Shown here: piece by piece, positions 10,607 to 24,500 of the stretch
How positions within the stretch are numbered: position 1 is the first letter of the stretch
Layout of the letters: the number at the start of each line of letters is the position of its first letter
Assembly (NCBI GenBank): GCA_002633005.1
Contig: NMRA01000281.1
Coordinates: forward strand, 389,123-453,122
From: Phoronis australis
Taxonomy: Eukaryota; Animalia; Phoronida
Reading direction: 5' to 3'
DNA: 64,000 nt
Position numbers and translations under genes: made by a program
The notes under the pieces: generated by a model
Told to the model about the DNA's origin: nothing
Seen by the model: the letters and a program-made list of their open reading frames with translations, nothing else
The model's database searches: none

Positions 10607-13600
10607 CTCGATCGTCAGACATCACGACATGTGTGGGTGTGGGATCACCAACAACCTTCTCTGAGGCATGTGAAAGACACATGCATACCACACTAAAGTT
10701 TTACTGGGGGTGCGACTTGAAAATAGACCAATCACACCGTAAGCTTTGAGTAAGCTTTGAAACTTAGGGCTCATGGCCACCAAACTGTACTCGGATCTTG
10801 ACCAATTACATTGCATGCTTCGGGTAAACTTTCAAATTCCAACCATGTGATTGTCAATTTTCGAGTAGTCGTGGTATAGTTGGTTGATTGTGAATCTAGA
10901 TAGTGTGATTGGTCAATTTTATGTCTCGTAACTTAACTGAAGACTGCTCAAAGAATGACCAATCGTATGGCATACTTGAAACCTTGAAATTTCACTACAT
11001 GTGATTGGTCTATTCAGAGTCAAGTTAAGTGAGATGGTCAAAGCGCCTGACCTGGGTTGCATAAAATTACAAGTGCTAATTCACTGTTTAGCTATTGCTG
11101 TGTGAAGTAAAACATTGTTTTCTAGAGTATTACTCAAGGCCACCAGGTCATGTATGCTGACTGCCAGCAGAATATGGAGGATTTTTTGTAGTTTGCATTT
11201 GATTGTCTTTAATAGGAGAATGTTCATTTTCTGATGCATTTTTAGTCCTCCTGTGATTGGTAAAACATAGCCTACATTTCCTACAACGATACAGCTCGGG
11301 ATACTTATATATTTTGTATATGATTGTAAATTATCACGCTGTACATAGTGCATAAAAACCACCACAATGAACATAATTTACACTGTGGTATCTATTCATT
11401 TGCTTTTCAATGCCTAGTGCTCATCAGTGTAGGAATTCCTCTAAGCTTTGCTAAACCTATTTGTATGAGATTTATAAGAATTACATTCGCTAGAAGGCCA
11501 CTCTTCCTATTGCATGTACTGGGTTTTGATTTGTTGTTATCTAACCCAGTGAGTTCATTGCTGTATGCTAGCCAGAAATGCACCGAGCATGTATTTTTTT
11601 TTTACTTTGTCATGGGTCGAGTGTACTTATGGCTTGACTGTCGTAATTCACGCTGTCCAGATTTGCCGGCACGAGTTATAATCTAGTGATTCTTGTGAAA
11701 TAACAGTACTGCGTATTAGTAAACATGCATATATGCATGACCTGTGTCACTTATAGCCCTTCTTCTTCAAACACCTTTTCATAACCACTGCCTCTCTTTT
11801 CTCAATCTACAGTAAAATTAAGCCAGTTTTCAATTTTTTTTCATGAAAGATATGTATCATCATGTTCGAATTCTGCACTGTAGCAACCATCGAACATTTT
11901 AAAAAATGTTGGAATTTGCAATGTTTGGAGCCTTTAATAAATGAGAATGGGCAATTATTTTTACCCATCTGTATGATAAAAAGGAAAACCTTTCTTCATT
12001 GATACCAACGTCTGACTGAAATTTCCAGAGGAAAACTGATTTCTTTGTAGAAGCACTCTAAACCCTGGGCCAATTTCCATGACATAGCGCCACCTGTGGG
12101 CAAGCCTAGTCATTCCTCTGTAAACTTTGCTCATATTTTATGTACATTTGTAAAAATCATTTGATGTGACGTATGAATGTGAATGGAAACCGGGAATATA
12201 TGTGCACACAATGGTCTTCATGTGTTTCTGTACCATGAGATTTTGCAAGTTAAGTAAAATTTGTGAACGTTAGACGTGTTTTAGTCTGATCAAGTTCAGT
12301 TTTGCGGTTCACATATTCTAGTTTGTGCACGCAGCCCTTCATGTAAGTCTGGCTTTTCAAATTGGTTTTGATGAGACTTCATTTTCAATCTCACTTCATG
12401 AGAAGCAGAATAAAAATTCGACTTATTTGTATTTACAGTAAATATCTCTGGATGGGGTTTTCTAATAAAAACATGCACCGGCAATGGAACAGGTTGCAAC
12501 ACGTAAATCATTAAATGTTGCAAAAAGAAATGAAACAAGCCCACGTTTTATAAACAAGACAATAACATAATTTTATTCATATCCAATAATTTACTGCAAA
12601 GTCATCGTAATCACTATTATTTAACAAATCGCCATCTCAACATTCATAAAACTCCCATCCTATCTACACCAATACGCTTTCCTACATGACTGGACACACA
12701 CCAAAACAATCATCAGTTTAACCCGTTGCACAATTTGCTGAGACAAAAGAGTTGAGTTGGAACACTATAATCTGTATGAGCAAGTGCACTTTAATACACG
12801 TGTAGAAAATATAAGTTCCTTTGCTTATTGGACTGCGTAAGTTTAGCCTTTTGGTCATTTCCGGCCAAATTCCCATTCGATTTCATGTGAAAGTTTGCCA
12901 AAATCATTTACAGTTGAACCACATAAGTATAAGTCAAGGGACCTGCATTGCAAACCTCTACACGCTAATATGAGTGTTGTGACTAGGGTCTTGGAAATAC
13001 ATCACCGTTAACGTTCTTACAAACAGTGTAACATGCAACTAGGTTTCACTGTATAAGTTGTCTTTTTCGAACAACTCGGTCCCTAAAAGAAGGCCCCCAA
13101 GTCATTGCATCAAATTCGTACAAAGAGAACGCACTTCATAAAAATTTGACTCCAATGAAAATTCCATTTTAACAGAAGCCAGGGATAGTTTAAGGATATG
13201 TAGGACTTTCACCACAAGTCTGCACTTTACCAAATATCTACAAAAATATACATTTTAACTATATAAAAGTATACATTTTCTGACAGCAAAAAACCTGCAG
13301 AAATTGATAATTGACTGTTTTGTAACAATGCAATCGATAACATGCACAAATCTCATTCGGTACAAACTGTTTTATCCAAGTTTTCAGTTTTTCATGGAAA
13401 TCATTACTTGTACAATTTTCAACAGCCCCTCATGCAGAAGTGGGGCACTTTAAAATCAATTCCTTACACTGTTATGGAATAAACTAAAGTACTACCTGAA
13501 AGTCTCGCATGAATCTGTAGTAAGCCATATTTGGACATTTTTCTAGGGTCCTACACAACCTTAAACGAGAATTAGATTTTCATATCCTGGCATTGTGTCA

Positions 13601-13859
13601 TTCCACCAACGCGAACATTTTGTTCTCTTCCAAGTGCAACCATTGTATGGAGGTAAACATGTTGAAAGTAAAATGCAGTTGACAGCAGGCTAAAATTTTA
13701 ACAACTGGGTTGTATTTGGTGTACGCACGAAATTAAAAAAAATTGAAAAAACGTATACAACCTGTTTAACAGCATTTCCTTATCAAACCAAACCACATAG
13801 GCAAAAGCACAAGTCAACACTGAGATAAGTCATAGGCTTAAACGGACATTCTTGGTGAG

Positions 13860-14010
13860 AAAAGCAATTTTACAGAAATTATCAGTAGCGCGGTATCGAA
13901 CCCACTATCTTCACATCAGCAGTCAAACGCTCTACCGCTGAGTCAAATCCCATGCCATATTTTGAGCATATTTCACTGGTGAAGTCACCAACCCTGATTT
14001 TAATGAATAT
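13860..14010 (-). repeat. Repeat with an internal tRNA-derived (tRNA-Cys-like) segment
   Basis: Minus strand 13951-13883: gggatttgactcagcggtagagcgtttgactgctgatgtgaagatagtgggttcgataccgc has A and B boxes but no proper cloverleaf. A related degenerate copy lies at ~23900-24050. Confidence 0.6.
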
Positions 14011-15522
14011 CCTGCAAACAACACTCCAGAGAGATGCTTCAAGCAAAGTAGCTCACAGAGCCTGAAATGTCTTAGTACCATACCAAAAGTTCAAATCCTT
14101 TGACAGCCACTGAATAATGAAAATTTTCTCATAAAACTTGTTTAACGGGTCGATAATCACGGATTCCGAGATTTCACTATTTGTAACCAACTACTCAGAA
14201 CAGAAGATCATTATACAGTTATTAAAACAATCCAAATTTTGACACCAAAATATCGAGTGGTTTGAGGACAGTTTTCTTCAGATCCATCAATAAACAAGCT
14301 CTAATGGTTAGGAATGCTCACAGAGTTCGTATAACATTTTCAAACCTGCTTTTATCATTTGACGACTGACACGAGTTAAAAATTTGCGTGATCAAGACAT
14401 TGTTAAGGTCTGTTTTAACACCTGCTAAAATGTGCTACAACACGGTTTAGTATCCGTTTAAAATATAATCAAATCACGTCACAACGGACCCTCTGGGAAC
14501 CTTCCTGTTACTTTTGTGCTAACCAAATTTTGATGTAAGCAAAGCAATTTGTGTAAAGTACTGTTAGATCGGGACTTGTGAAATGAATCATGCATTGAAA
14601 CAGGTGATGCAGAATGGGAACATAATGCAATTAATACTGGCCATTGTCAAAACATCGCTCACACAAGCACAGTTCCGAGTATCAAAAGTTCTTTAACCTT
14701 TTCCAATCTAAGGACAGATGGCAATTACAAGAATTTGGAATTAGGTGAGACATCATAAAACAATGGTGCTTCAATGTTTCCACAACAATGCACCCTCCTG
14801 AGGTCATGATTTCATTTAACACTTCATACGGTTAAATGTACTTTATAGGCAATTTCAACAAACTTAATCTTAATAGCGCCACTGACATCATATGCCACGC
14901 TACACCAAACCCAGGATCAGACTTTGGCTTACGAGTAACAGAAAGTAGCAGAAAATGTCTCCTAAAAATGGCCTATCAGATTCAAATGAAATTATCTACT
15001 GTTCAACAGTGTTCAACGTGCTGTTTCTTAAAATGTATCAATTTACAAAGGTGCTATCGAAAATTGTAATTTTTACCAAAACATCTTGAAGTCGGAAATG
15101 TACAAAACAAAAACAGAGAGGCATAAACCTAAAGAAATCACTTGGCATGAATGTAACAATTCTTTGCAATATTTTACAAATAAGACATGGTCATGTGACC
15201 CAACAAATGGCAGGTTGGTACATGCTTATTACTTAGATCAAAATATGTAGTTTAGTGATTAAATCAAAAAAAGTTTTGTGGATTTTTGGTTAAGTCACTC
15301 ATGTTCTTATGAACAGTCAAGTTTCATGAAACGGACCCCAGGAGGCTTTAACAAGTCTCACACGAGTGTTCACATGACATGTAATTTGATGCATCGAAAA
15401 TACTTTTCAGTTCCATCTCACAACAGATGGCAGTGCTATCTAGCAGTCATCTGGTAATCCTCTGTAGCTAGAACTCAACTGGTCATCCACAACTGTACAT
15501 TGGTGATGAACACCAGGTGTCG

Positions 15523-18500
15523 CTAGTGCAGGTAGTTGTCAACGGAAGCGAATGCGCATGAGCCTATTCCCGACTTAGCCATAAGAGACATACACTCGGA
15601 CGCTTGGTTGATGGTCAGTTCCAGAGGCGGTTGTTTGGGAAGTCCGTGGGATTCTGAAATCGTATGAAAGCGGTTAATGACTGCTGGCCAGTTGTAGCGC
15701 TCTCCGACAATAATTTCCATGAGCCATAAGTGAGTAATTTGGTAATAGTCATTTGCAAGGTTTCCGCATTTAGAGAACCAGTTCTATCCACTGAATAACT
15801 AGCATCAAACAGGTTCTCAAATCTGGGACCCCAGTAATTGACTATTGCCAGCAATTGGACAATGTTCTATATAAATTTTCTACACTGCAAACTACATGCA
15901 TTGTCCTCAGTGTGTACAAAGAAAGTGACTAGTGAGGTAATTCCTTACTTATTTTGCACAAAAATAATTGACAAAACTAATTTTTCATTTTTCAAAGGCC
16001 GATATCTTTACAGCAATAGAAATTTTCCCAAATGTTGCGTTTTGACATCTAAACAGCATAAACCAAGAATAATAACAGCCAGTGAGACTAGAATTTTCTT
16101 AATCTTTATTTCTAAATTTGAAAAAATTAAAATTTCACTAGTCTGCCATACTGTGTGCCAAATACATTTACAAAAGTATTCAGACAAAATCACCCAGAAT
16201 TCCCTGTCATGATGGACGGACCAAATACATTTACAAAAGTATTCAGACAAAATCACCCAGAATTCCCAGTCATGATGGACGGGCGAAAGTCTAATTCATC
16301 ATCAGAGTAGTCTTCTCTCCTGACTGAGAATGTAGGGGAATTAAAAAGATAGTAAGGTTGCTAAGGCATTCTGTAATTAGAATTTTCCCATGTATCCAAC
16401 TGCCCATGGGCTTGTAATTGGAGAAAACCGAGTAGCCTTATGTACAGTCTGTTTTCCAAGGTAGTTTAGTGCCTACTTGCCTGTCTAGCAATGGAGCAAG
16501 ACCAAGAGATCAGTTTTTGATTTAATGGGGACTAAACGGTGTGGGCACATTCTCGAGTAGGTAACCCAACAACTGAGGATAAACAGGAAGTTTTGAACGG
16601 ACACCAGCTTATACTCAGACAGAAATGGTAATCCAACCTAGTCACTAGACAGGTGGACAGTACTTAATGTCTTCTTCATCTCACGACGCATTCCATACTC
16701 TCATACCTAATATTGCACTGTTCAGAGCAGCACAGACGGGCTCACGTTGAACAGGATCCAACTGAAAACCAACAGGACTATTCCACGGGTCTGAGTAAGC
16801 CAATAAACTGAACGCATTCTGAAAGAAGGAAACACAAGTCAATAGCCACCGTGAAAAGCCATACATTTTATCCAGCACACTCGATGCATTCCAGAAAATC
16901 CAATTCTGCTAACAGTTCCACAGACATGCTTTTTTACTTAGTCAGTCCCCTTGGCTCCTTTTACTGCTTAATCTTACTACGCCAGTAAGGATGATTTAGA
17001 AGAAATTTGAGAAGACATTACAAACAAAACAAGTCATACAAGCCCCCTCTCAATAATCTGTTTTTAAAAATGACACACCCAAATGTCCTTACCTGGAGAG
17101 CATTTTTATTTGTTTCACTTTTTCCATTTTCCCTCTTCAGTTGAATGCTCATGGCATTGAGCTCTCGTCCAAACTGTAACATTTTTTCAATGGCCGCCTG
17201 GCTCCCTCCACACATTTGTTTTCTGGGATGATCCATGTCTGAAAATGCAATCATCCTAAAATGAAACACCCTCTGTAGCTCAAATGTGAAACAGATGTTG
17301 CATCAAATGCGCACTTTTATTGTTACACGCACAAAGTTCACAATACAAAGTAAATATGCCTGGAGCATACCTCCATCCTCGCGGTTGCATTTGTAAGTTT
17401 TCTACACTGATGTCCATTCCTATATTTTGCTTGAACATACCACAATTTCTCATCCTCCAGCGACCTCAAAAGCACGATTTTCTCAATGTTTGGTGATATG
17501 CAGACAAATCCAACAAAAAATGAATATGAAAATTTTTGTTCAATTATGGATGGCTGGTGTTAACTTTGTTTCAAAGATTTGAAATAACGTTTCGGAAGAG
17601 TACTGTACCATCGACTTCAACACACTTTAGTATTCTCCAATATGATCAACGTTTTCAAATAATATATTTTGAGAGGGGTATGGTTTTGAGAATGCCGATA
17701 ATGCAGAAGACACAAATCAAATGCAATGAAGTGGACCATTTCCATAAAAACCAACACATGGACACCACAAAAGACTGAAAACTAAAAGAGCTTAGCTTCA
17801 TAGTTGCATTACTAGCAAACAATTTCTGAGGTTTATTTCGAAAAAAGCCATCAACAATGACACATTGTCACTATTCAACTGATTTTAATTTGAACAAGAA
17901 TAAAAGAATATCAATCTTCTAGCAGTTCATGACGACGTAGAACGTAATCAAGGATACCCACCCATATCAGCGGTGTCACCGCTGCCTGCACCATTCATAC
18001 AACTGCCGTTAGTTGTCCCGTTACTTATCGACTCCACGTCACTTCCATCCATCTCAACATCAGCGTCTGCTCCGTTTGTTGCCACAGTGACTGGATTTGA
18101 CTCCGATATAGGTCGTAGGTCACAACCACCGGATGAGTGTCCCTGATTTTTAGACGAGATAACTCGTATTGGACTACTGGTTCCTGAGAGTGGTGCCCTC
18201 ACGCTGTGATGTACTGGACTCATGCTGGGACTCGACCGTGAACTACCGCTACCATGGCGGCCCCTGGGACTACATATAGCACCACGCACTTCGCTATCGG
18301 TGCCGTTCACCATTTCGATAAACTGTCTGCATTTGAGCATGAACAGGAGGTTTGTGTTGCGCTCTAGAAGGCCGGGATAAAGCTGATGGGTGGTGTCTAT
18401 GGCCTCACCAATCCTGCCGGCTAAAACCAACTTGTGTATTCCTTGAAACAATATGATGACAAGAGTTAGCAAGCAAGACCAAAGTGACTCCCATGCTACT

Positions 18501-21500
18501 CAACTTTGCAATTCTGCCGGCTAAAACCAACTTGTGTATTCCTTGAAACAATGATATGATGACAAGAGTTAGCAAGCAAGACCAAAGTGACTCCCATGCT
18601 ACTCAACTTTGCAATGACAACAACAAAGAAACTATTACAAGATATCCCAATTGTCGATGGAAGAATTTGTTGCGAAAACCTTCATATAATCATTTTGAAC
18701 AATCGTGATTAAAAAGAAATTTAAACACGCAAATGCAAAAAAAAAAGTTTCCACAATCCCTCAAATTTTTCAGGAAAAGCATTCCAACTTGTCCTTTGTT
18801 TAAAACATTCTTTGAATTATGTTTTTATTCTTAATTTTTCTGTATAATCAGAAGGTCCTAGCAAAATCAAGCTTCCCACTTTAAACAGTCAAATATCTGT
18901 CAGTCAAGTAATACTTGATCTTGACTTTTTTGCGCTATCCTTCATCACAGCGAGAACACAGAACTAACTACCAACAATGGCCGATAGTTGTTACACTAAA
19001 GAGCACGTGGATATTAGAAGCAAGTTTGTTCTCGATAACTTAGTAAGGATTTTGCGAGGGGCAACAGTGCTTAATTTTGGAAACACAACAAAGTTTGTAA
19101 TTTACTAGTATAAAGCTGCTTAAACACTGGACGGCCAGGCAAACAACACTGACTGGTTAGGTAAGAGCAGTGGCCGCCAAACAGGCTAACACAGTGATCA
19201 GAAATACAGGACAACATCTGCCAGTGTGACTTGTTTATCACTCAGGATTATGGCCAAAACGTATGTCTAAATGTCGACCGAGTGAAGTTTCAATCTCTGC
19301 CGGCAAGTTTTTGTTATGCATTGAATACATTTCACAATTAGGTTCTAGATTTTGAATACATACTAGTAAATGAACAAAAAACACCAAAAACACCAAAATA
19401 AAATTGCCTCCCCCCAAAGACTCACAAAAAGTATTTTCTAGAAGCCCTACAAAACTCGGCCCACTACCTACTAGAGCTATAAATTAAACTGCATGTCTCA
19501 TGACAAATGTATGATGCCATTGGTAACAACATGCAGTTACAGCTCACTCCATCACAGCAAGTCTTCACAGTTGGTCACTCCTCTCTGCTCATGCTGCTTA
19601 TAATGGTTTGATCGCAACACCTCCTGCTCCACTCATAACGAGTACTGAGCCACAATAATGGTGGAACGTAATTTGGCGGTTTATTTTTAGCACGCACTAT
19701 TACACTAATAAACAAGAAAACTGGCACCGACTCACTTTGTCTGTTTTTGATGGAGACTAATTCTTCTTCAAAAGCCTGTTCCGTGCTACGAGCGAAGGCC
19801 TCAGCTGTGGCACAATAGCCATGGTGGACGAGATATGTGGAGACAATTCTGCAACAGACTTCAAATCTTGTACGAAACAACGCAAACTGATAAACCAATG
19901 TTGTGCATTCATTGTGCTCACGGCTAGTGAGATTATTTTTCAATGGCAAGTCATGCTTGGATTGACTTGACGTGCCCACCCCTTTCATGAGTCCTCATAG
20001 GCTCTTCCTCACCTTACCAATCATAACATTTTGTGCCTATTCAAATCGTTGCCTGAGTGAGTCGATCCTTAAGGGGAATTTTTTAATCACTTGAGAGTAA
20101 TTTTTGGGTCTCATGAGGAGAATTTCACGTGATTTAAATATTTTTCAGAAGGGAATGACCGATATTCAGCCCTAGAATTGAGGGAATTAAGGGCCCTGTA
20201 TCCAGGGTGGAGTTCATAAGTGACATTTGATGTGTTAAAAGCAAAACTGAACCAAATGCTTTCAGTCAAAAAACAAATTTCGATTTAGGCCACTTCACTT
20301 TATAAAATCGGGCATATCTTGATCCATGCTCACTTTAGAAGTGATCTCTGTGCTCAGAAAAAGATTAAAAGTTTGTTATTTCTTCAGACCAAGTTGATAA
20401 ATAATTTCCAGTCACACAGTGACCTGAAGTTTTTTACAAACTTTTTCTGAAAAAATATGTAATTTACAGTTCGTTCTAAAACCAGAAGTAACAGCTTTTT
20501 TGACTTAAGAACAATTTGCTCCCAATTTTATAACGGTAAGTGGCCTGGATCAAAACATTTTTTGAAAGAAAACACATATTTTATGCCTCTTTAACTAGTT
20601 CAACTGTGTTTTATCTTGGGAAGAAGATGCAGTTGTTAACCGCTGACAGTGTACCCAGTCAAACTTTAAAAGTCATTGTTGGGGGACAGTTTACACTTAA
20701 AATACAGCGTCGATCTGACCCCCACCCACGGCACTCCTGCAAAACTACAATCTCACTTAGTAGTATTTTGTTTGCGTAATTATTCATAATAACTCTATGA
20801 GTTCCTCCAAGTGAACCAAACTGTCATTAATTTCAATCTGTAAAGATACAACATATTTAGCAGTACTCTGTCTAATACACATTTATTAACAACTACTCCA
20901 CTGGGCACCTTCCGAGTGAACCCAACTGCCATTAACTTCTGTAAGGATACATCACATCTACCAGTATTCTGTACACATAATTATTCAAAACTATTAGACT
21001 ACTGGACACCCTCCAAGTGAACCCCACTGTCACTCACTTCTGTAGAGCAGTTTGCCACTCCCCCTTCTTGTCTTCAATAGGGAAGTGTTCTATTGTCTGC
21101 TTTGTCTTTCTATGCCACTCCTGAAAGTAAGAAAATAGACTAATTTCTAAAGAAAATTTGCACAGAAAAATGAAAACAGACTGAATGTTTCAGTTACACC
21201 TCACTTATGACATATGCTTGCCGAAATAACTATGACTGAGTGTATAGCGCTTGTTCAATCAATTATATGAACTAAAAGTTGTACAAGCTATTTTAGAGTG
21301 ATCCAATTGTCATAAAACACGAATAGAAAGTGACACATGACCACATGACATTAAAGATTATCGTATGAGATTTTGCATATGAAGGGTAGATGATACTTTG
21401 AGAGAATTGTATTGCTGAATCATACGGTAAAACCTTACGAATTTAGGACAAGGAAAATATTTCACACTTTTTCATAAGAGATACAACACTAGATAAATGC

Positions 21501-24500
21501 TTCTTCATTGTAATGTTATGTAAAATGGCTACCATCAGATTTAATTTCACACCTCCATTTCTGGAGATTTCGGTAAAGAATGTCATATCTAAATATGAGT
21601 ACACCCACAGAAATCGCTTTCACGTTATATCCAGGTTCTCATTCACGCCCTTGCAAACAATCATTACTAAGACTGAGCTCAGAGGAGTAGGAGACTGCTT
21701 TGTGCAATGCTCAGTTGTCTGCCAGTAAAGCCACGATTCGAACACCGGTCTCCCAAACGGGAGTCCGGAGCTCAAACCACTGAGCCACACTGACTCCCCA
21801 TATCAATAAAAAAATATCAATACATCGGATCATTTCAATGATTTTGAACATTATGATCACCTTCTCTTGTGTCTGTGTTTCCTGCAAATTAATGACTTAA
21901 AAACTGACTGTTAATACCCAAATCCAATTCGCTTTTTGTGTAAGTGAGCTTGCTTAGCGTAACGCTTTATGAATGTATAAAGAAAACAGATTTGATTGTC
22001 ATCCAGGTAATTAGCTATCTCACATCACCCATCAACAATTACAACCTACCTTCATGTAGTCCTCAATATCAAACACAAATGGTTGCTGTCCAAAATTGGC
22101 CTCCACTACCTCCCCAGGAGTCTGTAAACCAACTGTCGGGTACAGGTTGGGCTGAAATCACAAGAACATGACTACAGGGTCTACTAGGTAAGCAGTAAAG
22201 AGCTGCTTACAAAGTGAAGCCTTCCTCTTACAACACACCCACCGTACCTTAAAAGATACCTGTTGATGAGCAACAACATAGTGGGTGGCAATACAATGCT
22301 CAGAAAAAGCTAACAACACTTCCGAAAGACCACCCTGTAGCTATTTTTAGACAAAAAGTTGTAGAAGAGCCTCAATGGGCTATTATGAAAATCCCCCGGT
22401 ATGCTTGAATTCCAATTTTCATGAAGGGCCAAGTTCATGTAACAGTGAGAATAATCAAGTTCAGCGGAGATCTGTTTTGTACACAACTGACTGAAGCAAG
22501 TTTTACTGTAGTATGGAATGCTACAAATCAAATAAGGAAGTCAATAGAATTCCACAAATCCTTGCCCCATAACGATGTTAAATAACACTACAAAAATTGT
22601 AACAACCCCTTTTTCAAGTCACTGATTCAACATTTCTTTGGATAAGTGATGTACTTACAGGTAAATCACAGAAAGCGACGCCTGAAAAGGAAAGAAAAAA
22701 TACATTTATAGAATTTTTATACGTTTTCTGTTCACCTGAAGTTCATTACGAAATCAAATGACCTCATCAAACATAAAATGCGAGCTTGTTGAAAATAAAG
22801 TAATGAGTCACATACAATTAATCAACAACATGTCCCTCCACAAAATAGTCAATGTTGACAGGAGACTCATAAACATGTCCTCATGTTAAGGTTCATAAGA
22901 TATGTCTTTGGATCACTTAAAGTTGCCTTCCTCTCCTGTTCATATGACAATGTTGAATTCTTAACTGATACTTCCTTCGGGTTTAAAACATTACCATGCT
23001 CATTCGATCTTGAATTGTTGCCAAATGACTCAGCAATTCAAGTGATAGACAATGCAAACACGAGCCATTTTCAAATTTGTAATTTTATGGTTGGCCAACC
23101 CCTGTAAACTTTTAAGCATTACGTTGAGTCGTTGGTAGTTTCAATATTCTTGTTGGTGAAAGAAATAGAATCGTATCATAGCAAGGAATAATGCGAGAGC
23201 GATGTTATCACGGTGAATGGTCCAATTCAATTTTCACTTTTAACCAACTTAACTGTGTGAAATGCAGCTTTAAACGTCGAGCAACTAAGAAAGTACGAGT
23301 ATTATCTGAGACAACACAACAATCATGTCCCATGATACATTATGCCACACTGAAAGTATGATGCTAAAAATAGACATAAAATGGATGTCAAAGATTGGAC
23401 TAAAATAGATGCTAAAACTTGGCTTTATGGTGAATTGTTAAGCAACTAACAGTCATCATACTCCCCGTAATCTAGTGAATGATTGTCGGCCAGTGAACAG
23501 GTATTTTGACTCAATAATATTGATCCATATCACACAAGGCAAGTGGATAAATGTGTGAAAAGCATTTGTTTTCAATATCAGGTGATTGTCAGGAAACCCC
23601 AAAAGTAATGACATAACATAATTCAGTCAGAAACTAAGAAAGGCAAGCCTACCCAGGTTAACCCCGTTTTTTGTGTAGAAGCATGTGTTGTCAATGAGAT
23701 TAAGACAACATCCAATCACGTCGCCTGTAGTGAACGTTGGACCATATGGAACACCTGTGCTGGCTGAACAGAAAGAGTGACCGTCATCTCCGTGGTAACC
23801 GTACGAATGTTTTTCCCAGCCTAAAACAGTTTGTAAATGTCATCAACCAAGACAAGTTAAGCTATGAATACGGCAAAACTGTTAAAGGGATAATCTCAGC
23901 AAGAAAGCTAATTTTATAAAATCAAACCAAGTAGCTGTGTAATCAGCCGATAGCTCTGCCGCTGAGCAAAATTCCACGTACTAAATTATAGCAGAGTGTT
24001 TAAACATATTTAAATGCAGAAACACCAGCCTTGATTTCAGCGAATGTCTGAGCAGACATCGGGTAAAATTTATAATTGTCTTTGTTCTCTCATGGGTCAG
24101 GTCAAAGCAAATAACTTCAAGAATTTTATCCCATCAAACAATGATCCCAAAAATGTGTTTTTTCGACTGAAAAAAATCCCTTTAACAACAATTACGTTAA
24201 TAAAAAAATCGTTTTACTCTGTCAGTAATTTACATTGTTACTGAACTTTAAAAGGCCAAAGACATGTCCGGACCGACTAATCAGCAAGGCCCATGCATTG
24301 TCAGAATGATGGACTGTTCTAGCGAGGGACGCCTTCCTCCTAAAAACAGAAACAACAGCAACGCGGAGCGTTGAAATGGAACCAGGAATGCACCGCTAAC
24401 ATTGTGCTTCTAGGGGTGTTTATTTGGAACATAAAAATTTGCAACCGGATGGCACAAAATATGTCGAATCCATCTGAGAACTTGTATGTGTCATCAAAGC

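Noticed and set aside
13883-13951. Functional tRNA gene
   Set aside because: A and B boxes are present but the acceptor and anticodon stems do not pair; part of a repeat.
21721-21799. Functional tRNA gene
   Set aside because: No acceptor stem; reads as a SINE head.
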